Assembly: GCA_964016885.1 (NCBI GenBank)
Contig: OZ024741.1
Span: 117,490,001-117,554,000 of the forward strand
Source: Eledone cirrhosa
Lineage: Eukaryota
Length of the DNA stretch: 64,000 bases
Direction: 5' to 3'
Of the stretch, positions 16,016 through 29,040 are shown one piece after another. The position numbers and the translations under genes were made by a program. The notes beneath the pieces are model-generated. The model saw only the letters and a list, made by a program, of their open reading frames with translations. It had not been told where the DNA came from and did no database searches. Every line of letters starts with the position of its first letter. The first letter of the stretch is position 1.

Positions 16016-17661
16016 TGTAAGATAAAGCATTTACCGCAAAAATACAATAGTATATATAGAGTAATGTAAACGCTAAAAGGTTAAACTTAGTAGAACCCAT
16101 CTCTTCTCTCCAGATCTGAACACAGCTGATTTCTTCCAGAGAAGGCGAGAAAGTGAGAGAACGGATGTTGAGAAAGAAATATAGAAGTATTGACCCCAGT
16201 ATTAGACTGGTACTGGTTATGCGTTGACACGCTGAGAAAAGGTGTGGCATATTACTTTTGAGGTTTCGACGTAAATTTACGGTGAGGGATTACAATATAC
16301 ATGGTAGATTTTATAGTTCAATGAAAGGAGATTATGTAATATTCTTGCTTCTCGGAAGAGAATTAGTCGAGAAAATTATAGGAATTAGCTTCTGCCAGTC
16401 TCCTTTAAAACGGCCATATTTAATTTGCTGTAGCATTATGACTAAACACATCACAGGACAAAGAAGACATATAAGAAAGCTATGGCGGCCCTGTGTTATC
16501 ATTTTCTAATAAATGGAAGCCGTGAAAAGTTGTGTCTGGAAGAGTTCGTTGACCCTCGGGGAAAATGCTATTACAGTAATTGTTTTGACTTTTTTACCTT
16601 CTGAGTTCAAAACACGCCGAGATCAAGTTTGCTTTTTATCCTTCCGAGGCCAAGAAAATAAAATAACCTTTCAAGTACTGAGGCTGATTTAATCAACTTT
16701 ACTCTTCTGCCTAGATTAGAAATCAATATGTGATGGCTCTGTATTATTAATTTATTGTAATATTAATTTATAGTATTTGATAGGCCTTGTGGAAGCACAT
16801 GGCTTAGTGGTGAGGGAACTCATGATAATAAGGTCGTATGTTCGATTTCTGAACCGGACGGCGTGTTGTGTTCTTTAGCAAAATACTTTATGCCATGTTG
16901 TTTCTTCTGCGAGGAGTTGCCACCGGTAAATAGTATCATCAATGGAAAGACCAAGGGAAACTTATTTCTTTGGTTCGTTCTATATGTGTGTGCGTTGTGT
17001 GTGTGTGTGTGTGTGTATGTGTGTGTGTGGGGGGGGGTGATAGGTCTAGACGCTATTGTAACCCTGTATTATAGAAAAACAAAAATAAATAGCATTGAAT
17101 ATATGAAGCACAGTAGCAATCTTTTTTTTAAATTTGAGGTTTTTCTTATTTTTATATTCAACTTTGTCTTCTATGTTACGATATTGTCTATATTATCTGT
17201 TTAACTTATGTATATATACTTTGAAAAAATATTGAAATTGCAGGGCTCCCTGTCGGGTTTCTACCCTTTCAATATACACTCTCTGCATCTCCTTATACAT
17301 CAAGTACTACCCCGATTTGTGGTCGTATATATATATATTGCCGACGAACTGTTGCTAAATTGGTATAACAGCAAGTAGCCATTGTAATTTGATCACTACC
17401 GTGAGTGGCACACAGACTGCACCAGTGGTAACGGTTATAGTCCCATCCGTGACTGCACCCCTGAGGTAATGAAAGGACCAAAGTATAAGCTACCTAGGTT
17501 TATAAAGAAATGCACTGGGGGATGATTGAATACATATGTGCAGAACAGTCTACCTAATATAGTTGGTGGAATGGAAGGAGTATTGTCATTCGGTTAAATT
17601 TTAGCTTCTCATTAGAATCGGCGCTCTGAATCATAAATAAATAAATATATATATATATTAC

Positions 17662-17708
<47 letters not shown>

Positions 17709-18166
17709 TATGTAAGTATAAATTATGCCAGCGATAAGATCACAGTTGTATTAGCGGCATGTTTCTATTTTTGTTTGTTTATTTTAGACAAACTACTATA
17801 GAAAATTTTGTTTATCTATGTCTCGCAGCTTCTCGTTTCGGTTGTTCTTTAAACGTTTCTTCAGGCGGCGAGAATAAATATCAAATGCGTCATTTCGACT
17901 CCGGCTGTATTCCAAAGAATTAAATCTTTACCTTGACAGTAGAAAGTAGCGGAAGCCAGGATATTGTGGGGTTTGTTTCCATAGTGTATCTCTGTGCGTG
18001 TTCCTTTCAATTTGTTGGAATTAGAAAGAAAAGATAGAGATTACCTAACAAAAATACAAAATAATAAAACAAAAACAAAAAAAAAGAATAATCTATCCGA
18101 ATTTCTTGGCATTTGTAAATTTCATATATATATATATATATATACAGTTGTGTGTGTGAGACCGTT

Positions 18167-18208
<42 letters not shown>

Positions 18209-18766
18209 GGGTGTGTGTGTGTGTGAGAGAGAGAGTGAGTGTGTGTTTGAGTGTATAAAAAATGCAAGAAAAGGGATAAAATAAACATTGACAATATAAA
18301 AAGTGCAATAAATAAAAATTTAATAAAAATGAAATTTTGAAGGAAAAACTAAAAAAGGAAACCGAAAAAAATTGGATATGGAATACAATTTATAAATAAA
18401 ACTTTCTACTGTAATTGTACAAAAGAGAACGGATATATATTCTGAGGATAATCTTTACAAAATGTGTAAGTTTTTTGTTTTGTTTTGATTATTTCACTGG
18501 GAGAGAGAGTTTTAGTTTTTATCGTCTGCTCAATGAGTTTATTGTCGTCTGCTGCACAATGAATACATTACTTTATATGCTCTACCCTCTTCCACCCACT
18601 TTCCTTCCACTATTCCTTTCTTTCAATAACTCCCCCTGCCCTATTCTTTCTCTCTCTCTCTCTTTCAATATATTTTTCTATTTGAATCGTTTTCCTTTTT
18701 TTAACACTCTTTCTCGCATTTTTTAATGAAGTTTCTTTCCTTTCATCTATACTCTCGGGTATCCAT

Positions 18767-18882
<116 letters not shown>

Positions 18883-19369
18883 CACCCGAGAGTATAGAAG
18901 ATGAGTGTGATGTGTTGGATATATATATATATATATATATATCCCCAAGAGTATAGCAGATGAGTATGAGGGAATATATATATATATGTATGTGTGTGTG
19001 TGTGTGTGTTCAACTCTAAAAATACAACGTAAATCTTAAAAACAGTTCTGTCGAGTACTTTTATACATCGTGTGATTTTATAGGGCTTGTCTACCTGCGA
19101 ATACTATATACCCTTAAGTTGATAGATAACACCAGGCCATAAAAACCTTTCGTATGTTATATTTACTGAAGAGTTTTACGACCGCCCCACCTTTGAATCA
19201 TTACAATAGTAGATTACGTAAGTTCGTAAAAAGCCTTTTAAAGGGTTTTATGAACTTATGCCTTACACATTCTTTGAAGTCAAACAGAGTTTTCTTTGAA
19301 ATAAATATAAAAGCAGAAAGAAAATAGTAGTAGACCGTTAGAGAAAATAAAATAAAGTCCAATTCGATC

Positions 19370-19415
19370 ATATACACTATATTACCTTATACACTGTATA
19401 GTGTACACACCTATA

Positions 19416-19452
<37 letters not shown>

Positions 19453-19735
19453 GTACTATATAGTGTATACAACTTCTACACTATATATATACATATTATA
19501 AACTATAAAGTGTATACACATTATACTCTATGTATACATGATATAGTGTGTATATATATATATCTCAAACACTATATGTGCACTTTATAGACTATATAAA
19601 GAGCTTATACACTATATACATCTTATAGACTATATATACACTTTATACATTATATATACACCATATAGTGCATACACCTATACACTACTTATACATTTTA
19701 TACACTATGTAGTGTATACACATTATACACACCTT
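19370..19735. repeat. Degenerate tacactata/tatagtgta repeat region
   Basis: Recurring motif in both orientations. Confidence 0.7.
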
Positions 19736-20051
19736 AGTAATGTGAAATCAAGTATCCTGTCCAAAGACATGCGTCACCCTGTCCGAGAATCGAACTCCCG
19801 ACCTTACAATTAGGATCCAAACACCTTAACCACTAAGCTATATGAAATAAAATACTGATGTTATTGTTTTTGAAATTTTTTTAAAAATATAATTTACTTT
19901 GTAAGTTACTCAGATAATAATCATTTCTACAAAGAAACACCCTGTTAAGAATTTTTTAAATGTTTATAAAAGATAATGAAGCTACAACAGCGTAAAGTTG
20001 GGAAAGATGAAAAATAAACGTATATGTGTGGGAGTGTATATGTATGTGGAC

Positions 20052-20129
<78 letters not shown>

Positions 20130-20365
20130 ATAGGTATGTGTGTGTCACCAGAAAAAACAGTTAAGACGAACAAACAACTGCATCTCTGCCTCGTCAGCCA
20201 CCTTCTGGCGTACAATTTCATATATATTTATATATATATAATGTTTGTGTGTGTATGTGTGTGACAAGAAATAAAGACAAAATAAAGGCCCCCCCCCCCC
20301 ATCATTACTCTCAGAATCCATAACAATAGTATAATGATAGTAATAATAATATCATTTGCTGGGAT

Positions 20366-20396
<31 letters not shown>

Positions 20397-20554
20397 GAAT
20401 GTATTATTGTTATTAACAAACTACTGAAAATACAATTATTTCCCTGGGTCCAGAAGTACACAGTTCCTTAGACGATCCGCCATACTTGCAATAACAAACA
20501 TAGTGTTCAATTCCACCTTTGGATATTTAATTTATAACTTAACTAATATATACA

Positions 20555-20766
20555 CAGGGTGTCCCCAAAAAATGTATACATACTTGGATTGCCTGTACAG
20601 GCAATATTTATTAGAATGCTCAACCTTTCCCAAAAATAAAATGATCTATAGACATAATTCAAATGTATGTAAACACCCAAAATTTAACTAATGCATGTAA
20701 AACAGAATTTATTCTAAAGCATTTTTTTTTTTGCTATTGAAGTGTATGTATATTTTGGGGGACACC

Positions 20767-20769
<3 letters not shown>
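20555..20769. mobile_element. Tc1/mariner-type MITE; relatives at 4084-4189, 31293-31369, 45822-~45960 (partial) and 49590-49689
   Basis: TIR CAGGGTGTCCCCAAAA...TTTTGGGGGACACCCTG in a TA context. Confidence 0.8.
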
Positions 20770-20808
<39 letters not shown>

Positions 20809-20860
20809 AAAAGTAATCGAAAATGCAACTGGAGTCTTTTTAAGAATATTTATTTGTTTC

Positions 20861-20895
20861 CTTTACCGGTTTCACAGTTCTTATGCTTTTCAAAA
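20861..20895 (-). ncRNA. Possible U3-A8 hammerhead variant (UUGAAAA)
   Basis: Minus strand: CUU-UUGAAAA-GCA(UAAGAAC)UGU-GAA-ACCGGU-A-AAG, then AAUAAA and a tail ending in (TA)n. The stems are short. Confidence 0.5.
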
Positions 20896-21127
20896 GTAGA
20901 ATGAGATGGAAGGTTTGTGGTTTTACTCGCATCAGAACTGTAATGTTTAATTTATAATACTTGTATATGAGACTCTCATATGGCGAATACAAGCCGGAGC
21001 CAAATTTCTCGTGAGTCGAATTAGCGATTTAATTCTCATTTTTTTTTTAAATTTCAATTGAACTCAGATTACTGTATTTGCTGCTAAGAAATACAGCTAC
21101 ATTACTCCATAAATATATGCGGCTTAA

Positions 21128-21347
21128 TCCTTTAGCATTCAAACCGGCTGTATCTGGCCAGATTCTCTCACCTCTTTCTGTTCAAACTGGCCGTAACTGG
21201 CCACTCATACTGTCGTTAAGGTACTGTCCTCAAAATAAATAATATCAAAATTTCTTAGATTCGATATTATGTGAGATAATTATGTGAGATAAAACCTTTA
21301 CCGCGAAAATACAATAGTATATAAAGAGTAATGAAAATGCTAAAGGG
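21128..21347. mobile_element. piggyBac-like MITE (intact)
   Basis: TTAA at both flanks (21124-27 and 21348-51). TIR (t/c)cctttagcatt ... aatgctaaaggg. Confidence 0.8.
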
Positions 21348-21512
21348 TTAAGTTAAAAATCTATTTGAGGAGATTTCTAAAGAAAATGCAAAGAAAAACA
21401 TTTTGATTGTATAACTTACATCATGAAGTGTTTTATTGTTTTTTATAGAAACATTTTGAAACAAAATCAAACAGTTTAGCATATTAACGTACAATATCAC
21501 TTTGGTTAAAAT

Positions 21513-21897
21513 ATGCGAATGCAAGTGACCGAAATGGAGTTCCTCCAAAGGATCTTTGGGGTAACGTTACTCAACAGACTACGTAGCTCGGAGATCAGAG
21601 TGTCACTGAAGGTAGATTCGCTACTTCTCCGAATTGAGAGATCAAAGCTCTGTTACTGCGGTCATGTGGTCAGAATATCTAAGGAAAGAATTGCTGGACA
21701 GGTTTTACTGGCAAAACCAACCGGCAGATCTAGGAGTAGGTCCTGAGCAAAGTGGTTGAATAACACCCATGATGTCGGCTGGTCTCGCTTCAATCATGAT
21801 CAGTTGGAAACAGTTGCTTCCAACAGGACGCACTGGAAAGCGTGTTTGAAGACTCTTCCCCCACGACCCTCACAAGAAAAAATGGGAGAAGAAGATT
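21513..21897 (+). mobile_element. Degenerate RTE-like LINE 3' fragment
   Basis: EMEFLQRIFGVTLLNRLRSSEIR...RIERSKLCYCGHVVR, with a (GAA)n tail. Confidence 0.75.
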
Positions 21898-22446
21898 ACC
21901 AGGTTCGATCCAACCAACTATTCAATACCCTGAGAAAGTGTTTTCTGACATTCCACCCATATATATGTGTGTGTGGGTATCTGTGTATGTGTGTGTGTGT
22001 GTAAATATGTATATCCCCGATTTATATTGATGGAAAACCAGTGAGAAAACCGAAAGGGCAGTGTTTCACGAACGAAGGCCCCTTAGGTAATTGTTCTGGA
22101 TTGAATTACAAACACTCCCTTGTCACCATCACTGTCGGAGTGAACAAATAACTGATTCGTTGAAAACAACCAATGACGCTATTGTTAACGAAATGCTATA
22201 TAAATATATAAGTAAATATATAAAATACAAAATTACCAACAAACATGATTGAGACTTGATGTGGTAAGCCCGACATTTTCTATTCCATTAGCAAACTGAT
22301 GACAATTCAATAATTACTGTGATGTGTGTTATATTATAGAATTAAGTTTCCGACAACGTGAGGGTATTATCCGGTTTCGATCTGAGGTTATTTTCCGTGA
22401 CATTTCACTTAATATTTTCTAGTAGTCTTTTAGAAAAAAAGAAAAC

Positions 22447-22602
22447 CTGAGCAATCTCTTTTATCGACGCCTCTCTGGAATTTTCTCCCTGCAAATGGTC
22501 TTTCCTGCAAGAATCGACCTGCAATAATTTAAACTGTACATCAGCAGCATCAATCTCACCAATCTCAGAGACCTGCACAGCCCCTTCCGCCATACCTAAC
22601 AA
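22447..22602 (-). CDS. Candidate antisense 156-nt exon inside the host intron (LLGMAEGAVQVSEIGE...IKEIAQ)
   Basis: Minus-strand acceptor atattttttcAG, 52 open codons, donor CAG|GTTTTC. Non-repetitive and GC-richer than its surroundings. No partner exon identified. Confidence 0.3.
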
Positions 22603-24699
22603 CTGAAAAAATATATTAAGGAGTCCATTGAATCTGTATTATAAGAAGGAAGATATCGTAGTTAGGCATATCCTACTACTGTTTTCTATACCAGGGCAAA
22701 CTTTTAAACACGCTAAGATTTAATTTATTACAAATTTTCAATTTTGAAATTCTATTAAGTGTTCATTTTATGCCTTATCACTCTGACACAATAGCTACTG
22801 TCTACTTATTATTGTCTTAACGAATTCTAAATCATTTTCATTTTCTCATCTTACGATATTTTCCAATACAAAAAGAAAACAGAAAACGCCCTTATCATAT
22901 TAGATAAAGACTAAGGTCACTGCAAAATCTGTATGTTCTTTTACGCTTTTATGCTGGTTTCAGTCACTGGACTTGCAGCCACACTGGGGCACAGCCTTCA
23001 AAGAACTTTGTCGATTATATCAATTTCAGTACATAATTCATCGATCCTTATTCATCAAATGATAAGTTAATATTTTAATATAAACGAACGCAATTCGATA
23101 TACCGATGTATGCCTCTATTTTACAAATGGGTGATACAAAAATAAATGCATGATAATGGTTTCTAATTTGGACACTAGGTCAGCAATTTGGGGGAAGGTT
23201 AAATCGTTTAAATCAATATTAGTACTTGACTGGTACTTTATTTATCGTCCCAGTGAGAAAGAAAGGCAGGTTGACCTCTGTGGGATTTGAAGAGCCGTAA
23301 CTAAATTTTCTAAAGCATTTAGTCCGACGTATTAACGATGCTGCAAATCCACTACCCTAAATAGTTCTTTCTCTTTCTAACATTGGCACAAGGATAGCAA
23401 TTTGGGATTTGAACTCAGAACGTAGAAAGTCGTAACTAAATACCGCAAAGCATTTTGTCGAACGGTCTACCGATACTGCCAATCCACTGCCCTTACCACC
23501 CTACATAATGTTTTCTGCTTTAGGCACAAGGCCAACAATTTTGTGGGAAGGGAACTCGATTAAATTGACCCCAGTGCGTTACAGGTACTTTATTTTTATC
23601 GACCCCCGTAAGAATGAAAGGCAAAGTTAACCTCGGCGGGATTTGAACTCAGGACGTAAAGGGCCGTAACTACATGCCACAAAGCATGTTGTCCAACACT
23701 CTGCCGATATGGCCAATCCACAATAATAACACGTGGAGTAAAGTCACCCAGTTTAACACCACCATCTATTGGGTGTCTTTAATGGAGTCAACTCTGTTTC
23801 CAACATTCGGACGTGATCTCTAGATCGAGATTAATCCATGAATTGTGCTTCCTTCCACTCTTTTCTCCACCAGTCTCGGAGATATCATAAAAAGATCGTC
23901 ATAGACACTGTTCTTCTACCTTTAACTAAACCATTAAAAATATCTCTTTCGTCTGATCTCTTTGATTTTTATATTGTTTGTTTTGTTTGTTTGATATAGA
24001 TGGCGAATTGGCAGAGTTGTTAGGTTGCCGCATTAAATCCCTTGATATTTGTTCCAGCACACTGAGTTCAAATTCCACCGAGCTCAACTTTTTCTTTCAT
24101 CCTTTCCGGGTCAATAAATTGAGTACCAATCGAGGAGAGGTGGATTTGTCTAAAGTCTATCTCGAACTCGGAGGATCACCAGGTCGGTGCTTATCCTGGT
24201 TTCCGTGGAGTTAAGTGGCTGAGAATTCAAGACCTTCTCTAGAATAGGACGCCAGTCCATCGCAGAGTTAAACCTTCAGCTATTTCTGGTACTCATTTTC
24301 ATCTGGGTATACTGAACCAACATCAAATGAAGTGTTTTGTTCTGGAACACAACACGCAGCCTAGTTCAGGAATGAAACCCACGACAATATGATCGTAAGT
24401 CCCACACCCTTACCACTAGACCACGCGTCTCTAAAGTAGTGGATTTACGGGGTTGATAAAGAGTTGGACAAGATGCCTTGCAGTATTTGATCCGGATTTT
24501 CATTCTGAGTTCAAATCCTACCACTTTCAGTCAGGAGGGTGTTGCGACCGGCAGATATTATTAGCAATTAAAACAAAAACAATCGAAACATTGTTTTGTT
24601 GGTCCAATCAGACAATCTACTCCTTTCCTTTTTTGTTTTTTGTTCTTTATTGATACCTTTTTTTAATTTCATTTTCTTCTATTTTTCTCCTACTCACAG

Positions 24700-25065
24700 A
24701 TACGACTATAGCGGCAGCGCCTCCCCATATTCTACATATTCCTCATATCGCTCAGACAAATCTCCGTCCACACGTAAACTGGAACGACAAGTTTCAGCTC
24801 CTCTCGACTTTGGTACTGATTACACACGTCGTAGCCGTTCCAGTGCAAGTGACTACAAAAGCAGCCGAGACTACGGCAACGATTACACGAGAAGGTCGGG
24901 AAGGTGTTTAGAAGTCAGTGCCCCGCCATCTATTCGTAGCAGTAGACGTGCAGCAGAATCGTCTGTAACCACACGAGGGGACAGTCGATATCGCAGCAAA
25001 CGCGACGCTCGAAGTGATTCTGAAGATAGTCTGCCAGAAGCTGAGAAAAATACTCGTGATTTCAG
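24700..25065 (+). CDS. Host gene coding exon B (YDYSGSASPY...EKNTRDFR)
   Basis: Acceptor ttctcctactcacAG at 24698-99 and donor TTCAG|GTGCG. Phase 2 at both ends, in frame with exons A and C. Confidence 0.88.
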
Positions 25066-25341
25066 GTGCGTTCTACTTGTTTATCATTTTTATTTGATTA
25101 TGTAGTTTTTCTTTCTCCAAATTATCCGTTTATCGTTTCCTTCTCTCTCCAAATTATCTATCTTCCCTTTTCTTTTCTCTCAAAACCACCTGCTCTTCTC
25201 TATATATCTACCTTTCTATGAAAGACTAACGACCGAAACTTTAAGACTATTTCTAACTTCTTATAAATGTTATACTAATAATTTACCATTATTATAATAC
25301 GTTGTTCTCTGGTACTGTTTTTTACATGGCTTTCACTGATT

Positions 25342-25401
<60 letters not shown>

Positions 25402-25502
25402 GCCCGAAACGTCGTCCCCCACCTACCCCCCACTCTCCTGAGCGTGAATTTAATAAACATTTATTGTACTGCCTCTCTGTTGTGTCCCTGTTCAAATTTT
25501 TC

Positions 25503-25556
<54 letters not shown>

Positions 25557-25941
25557 GGTGTCCGCTCTAATATAGCTGTATACATATATCTAGCGATATA
25601 TGGTATGTTTATTAATAAAAAATTTGAAAGCTTTCAGCATTGGATTTTCGAGAATGATGACGTAGCACCATCTAGCGGATTCCAGCAGAAGCAAAAGTGG
25701 GTAATTATCGATGACGATCATCGTTTCTGACTCTAGTCGTTATCAAGACAGTGGTCCCTTTCCCTGCTCTCTGCTGGAACTCAATACAGGCGAAAACATA
25801 TAATTTTGACACCTGTGACACCTGTGTACATGGGCTGATTAACCTCATTTGCATATAGAGCTGTCTGCCAGCTCGACTGGAAAATAGAATTAAGGTGTCC
25901 GCCGCTCTAATATATATATATATTGTTATACTTTGGGAGGG

Positions 25942-25983
<42 letters not shown>

Positions 25984-26066
25984 ATAATAATAAATTTGAA
26001 GACTAAAATCCAAAGAGGGCTCGATAAGGATAAATATATATCAAATATATAAGAACCGTAGAGCAA

Positions 26067-26184
26067 ATATTTATTAAAATAACAGATTAAAGTTTAAGCA
26101 AAGAATCGCTGCTTTCACCCTTAACGTTAAGGGTGAAAGCAGCGATTCTTTGCTTAAACTTTAATCTGTTATTTTAATAAATAT
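26067..26184. repeat. Perfect 118-bp palindrome (family F inverted dimer centred in the stem II loop)
   Basis: Checked block by block around the centre ttaac|gttaa at 26125/26. The arm sequence matches 15801-15852. Confidence 0.95.
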
Positions 26185-26203
26185 ATATATATATATATAT
26201 ATC

Positions 26204-26234
26204 AAGGAAACGACAAAACAGAGGTACAAAATGT

Positions 26235-26283
<49 letters not shown>

Positions 26284-26329
26284 TATATAACTAATAAGAC
26301 ATTTTGTACCTCTGTTTTGTCGTTTCCTT
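26204..26329. repeat. 36-bp inverted repeat (26204-26239 / 26294-26329) around (TA)n, resembling the family B tail
   Basis: aaggaaacgacaaaacagaggtacaaaatgtcttat and its exact reverse complement. Confidence 0.85.
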
Positions 26330-26400
26330 TATATATATATATATATATATATATAAACACACACGCACTTATGTGTCTTTTTCTGTTTTAATTTTCTCAG

Positions 26401-28102
26401 ATACTTAGTATGCAGAGGTACATCACCACGACCAGAAATCACACGAGATTCAAACAGAAAAGACGCCATATCGAAAACGAAACGGATAAAAATTCCCAAG
26501 AAGGAAGTCCGTCGCGAAACTTACAGACGCTTTCGTATCAGTGAGCAGTTGACGAAGGACATCTCCACCCAGACAACAGCTCAGGGAGAGGAACAACTGA
26601 GTAAAACCAGAAGAGCACGTCTAGCTAGAGAGAGAGCAGCTGCAGAAGCAGCAGCAGCAGGAGAAGACGACGGGGGAGGGGGAGGTGGGGGAGGAAGAGA
26701 GAGCAGAGAAGGCAGAGAGGGTAGAGAGGGCAGAGCGGGGAGAGGACTGAGAGGCAGTGGTTGTGAAGAGGAAGGTGGTGGCCGTGGTAAAGAAGAAGGT
26801 GGAGGCCGTGGCAAAGAAGATAAATTCTCCAAATTCAGAAATAGATTCGAAAAGGGCTCGAGCAAACCACTTGGGGAAATGGGATCAGGTATCGGAAACA
26901 ATGAAACCAGTGGTAGCGGACACAATAGAAGAAATAACAACTACAGAGATTCGCCGCCAGATGGAACAATAAGCGACGCGCCGTCAGAAAAAACGTGGAG
27001 GAAAGCAGTTTACGGTGAAGCTCCAGCCCCGAGTCGCTCGAGTAGGAGACGAGGTGATGAATTTGAATCAGAACTAAGTGCCTTTGAAGATGATGGTGCT
27101 CCAACCAAATGGAAGTATGGTCCAAGAACAAGTACTCCAAATCCGAATACTTTACAGGAACAGGATTATGAAGAGTCTAGGAGTTCGTGGAAAGAACGAC
27201 GCAGTAAAGACGGTAAACCCGGTTTTAGTCGGTCGTCTTCGCGAGACAGCATGCTGGATGACAAGCCTAGAAGACGTCGCCATGGTAGTAAAGAAAGACA
27301 AGCCGATGGTGCCTTAAAAGCAGAAAATTCATCGCTAACCCCAGAGAACCTTTCTTTAAGGGATAGCATTGAAAAAGTTGAACACTGGAAACAAAATCTC
27401 CTCCCAACAGAACCCCACAGACATCCTGGCGTTGGTGCTGAAAAGAATCGCGATAATTATGGCAGGCACCAAAGACCTGAACCTCGCGAAGCCTCACCTG
27501 AAAGAAATGGCTCTCGGTGGAAGCAAGACTCGCGCTACAGCCGGCAAGAATCACGTTCTGCAAGAGAAGATTCTCCTTCAATGATTTCGCGGGATTCTTC
27601 GCCGAATCGCCGAAATAAATACCGTGCACACAAGCATCCATCCAAAGGTAATTCAAGTGAGATTGATTCCCTAGCTGACAGGGACCAAAACTTACCCAAT
27701 AAAGATTTCCGGAAATCGGACCTTAACAAAGCTGACATAGACGTAAATCAGAATCTGTTTCGTAAAGTTGGAAAAGGTTCTGGTAGTTCTTCAGATGCTT
27801 TCACAAGGGACGATTCACCGAATGCAAATATAAGACGGAATGTGGCCCCTTCACGACAAACGTCGAATGAATCTAATCGTCGTATTAGACGAGAAAATTC
27901 CCGTGAGGATTTACTTGATGATCGACAAAGCTCTCACAGTGGATATCGACAAGGCTTTGAAGGGGCAAGTGATGGCGGCTTTTCACGTGACGAGTCACCC
28001 AACCGCTATATGCGAGGTGGAAAGCCACCGTTACCAGGGAGGACAAGTAGACAAAGTTCTGTTGAAGATATGCTGGAAGAGAGACGAGGCCCACAAAGAC
28101 AG
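26401..28102 (+). CDS. Host gene coding exon C (1702 nt; YLVCRGTSP...RRGPQRQ), Arg/Ser/Glu-rich low-complexity region
   Basis: Acceptor ttttaattttctcAG at 26399-400. Continuous ORF containing the 546-aa track ORF. Donor CAG|GTAAGC at 28102/03 (phase 0). Confidence 0.92.
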
Positions 28103-28716
28103 GTAAGCCAAAAACACTTTCATGTAACAAATTTAAACAATTCTAGTAATGTTTATAAGAATCGTCATTGGTGGAATGCCTTCAAATAAGAGAATACAGG
28201 GTGTCTTTTTATAATTGATATTAATGACAAAAAACATTTTGATTCTTCTATTGAAAACATAATTCATTTGGTTGCTTGTTCATGGAGAAAGAAGTAAAGC
28301 TCAATACATTTAATTTAAATAACAAATTCTAATAGTCTAGCCATAAATATGTTTATTCAAAAGAATTTCTTGTATTGGGAACTAACAGTCAATAAGTACC
28401 TTAAAGTAAATTCTACGTAAGGTTTTTCTTTCTGCGCCTTCAACCTTTTATTAACCATACGATATGAATCTGGTTTCTATAGTATTAAATGAAAATGAAT
28501 AGATCACCTTGAATATAAGACACCAGTCTATTGCAGAGGGGTTTTTTTTTTTCGAAAAAGAAGCCAATTATAATGTTAAGTCTCTTATCCAGGCATACCA
28601 CAAGATTGTTCATGAACTAGTAGTTGCATATTTTATGCAACCAAACATATTGTCTTTCTTTCTATAATCTTTGCAAAAGCAAAGAGGTTTGTGAGGTTGC
28701 TTGACTATACGCAGAA

Positions 28717-29040
28717 TTTGCATATTACCAGCTTTGTACAGACTTGTATATCAGAGTTTTGTACAGGTCTGTAAATCAGAGTTTTGTACAGGTCTGTAAA
28801 TCAGAGTTTTGTACAGGTCTGTATATTACCAGCTCTGTATAAACCTGTAAATTACCAGCTTTGTACAAGCCTGTGTAACAGTTTTGTACAGGCCTGCATA
28901 TTACCAGCTTTGTACAGGCCTGCATATTACCAGCTTTGTACAGGCCTGCATATTACCAGATTTGCACAGACCTGTATATCATAGCTTTATATAGGCCTGT
29001 ATATTATCATATTACCAGTTTTGTACAGGCCTGCATATTC
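28717..29040 (+). repeat. Minisatellite, ~26-bp unit (tgcatattaccagctttgtacaggcc)
   Basis: About 12 diverged tandem copies in the intron after exon C. Confidence 0.9.

Larger units (their letters stand above)
15284..16080. mobile_element. Same piggyBac-like MITE split by a Helitron-like insertion
   Basis: 15284-15426 plus 16016-16080 together align with 21128-21347. TTAA flanks. Confidence 0.78.

Noticed and set aside
16114-16151. Exon-like segment after ctcttctctccAG
   Set aside because: In the phase required by exon A (phase 2) it hits TGA within five codons.
26581-28130. Antisense and alternative-frame ORFs over exon C
   Set aside because: Shadows of the GC-richer coding exon.
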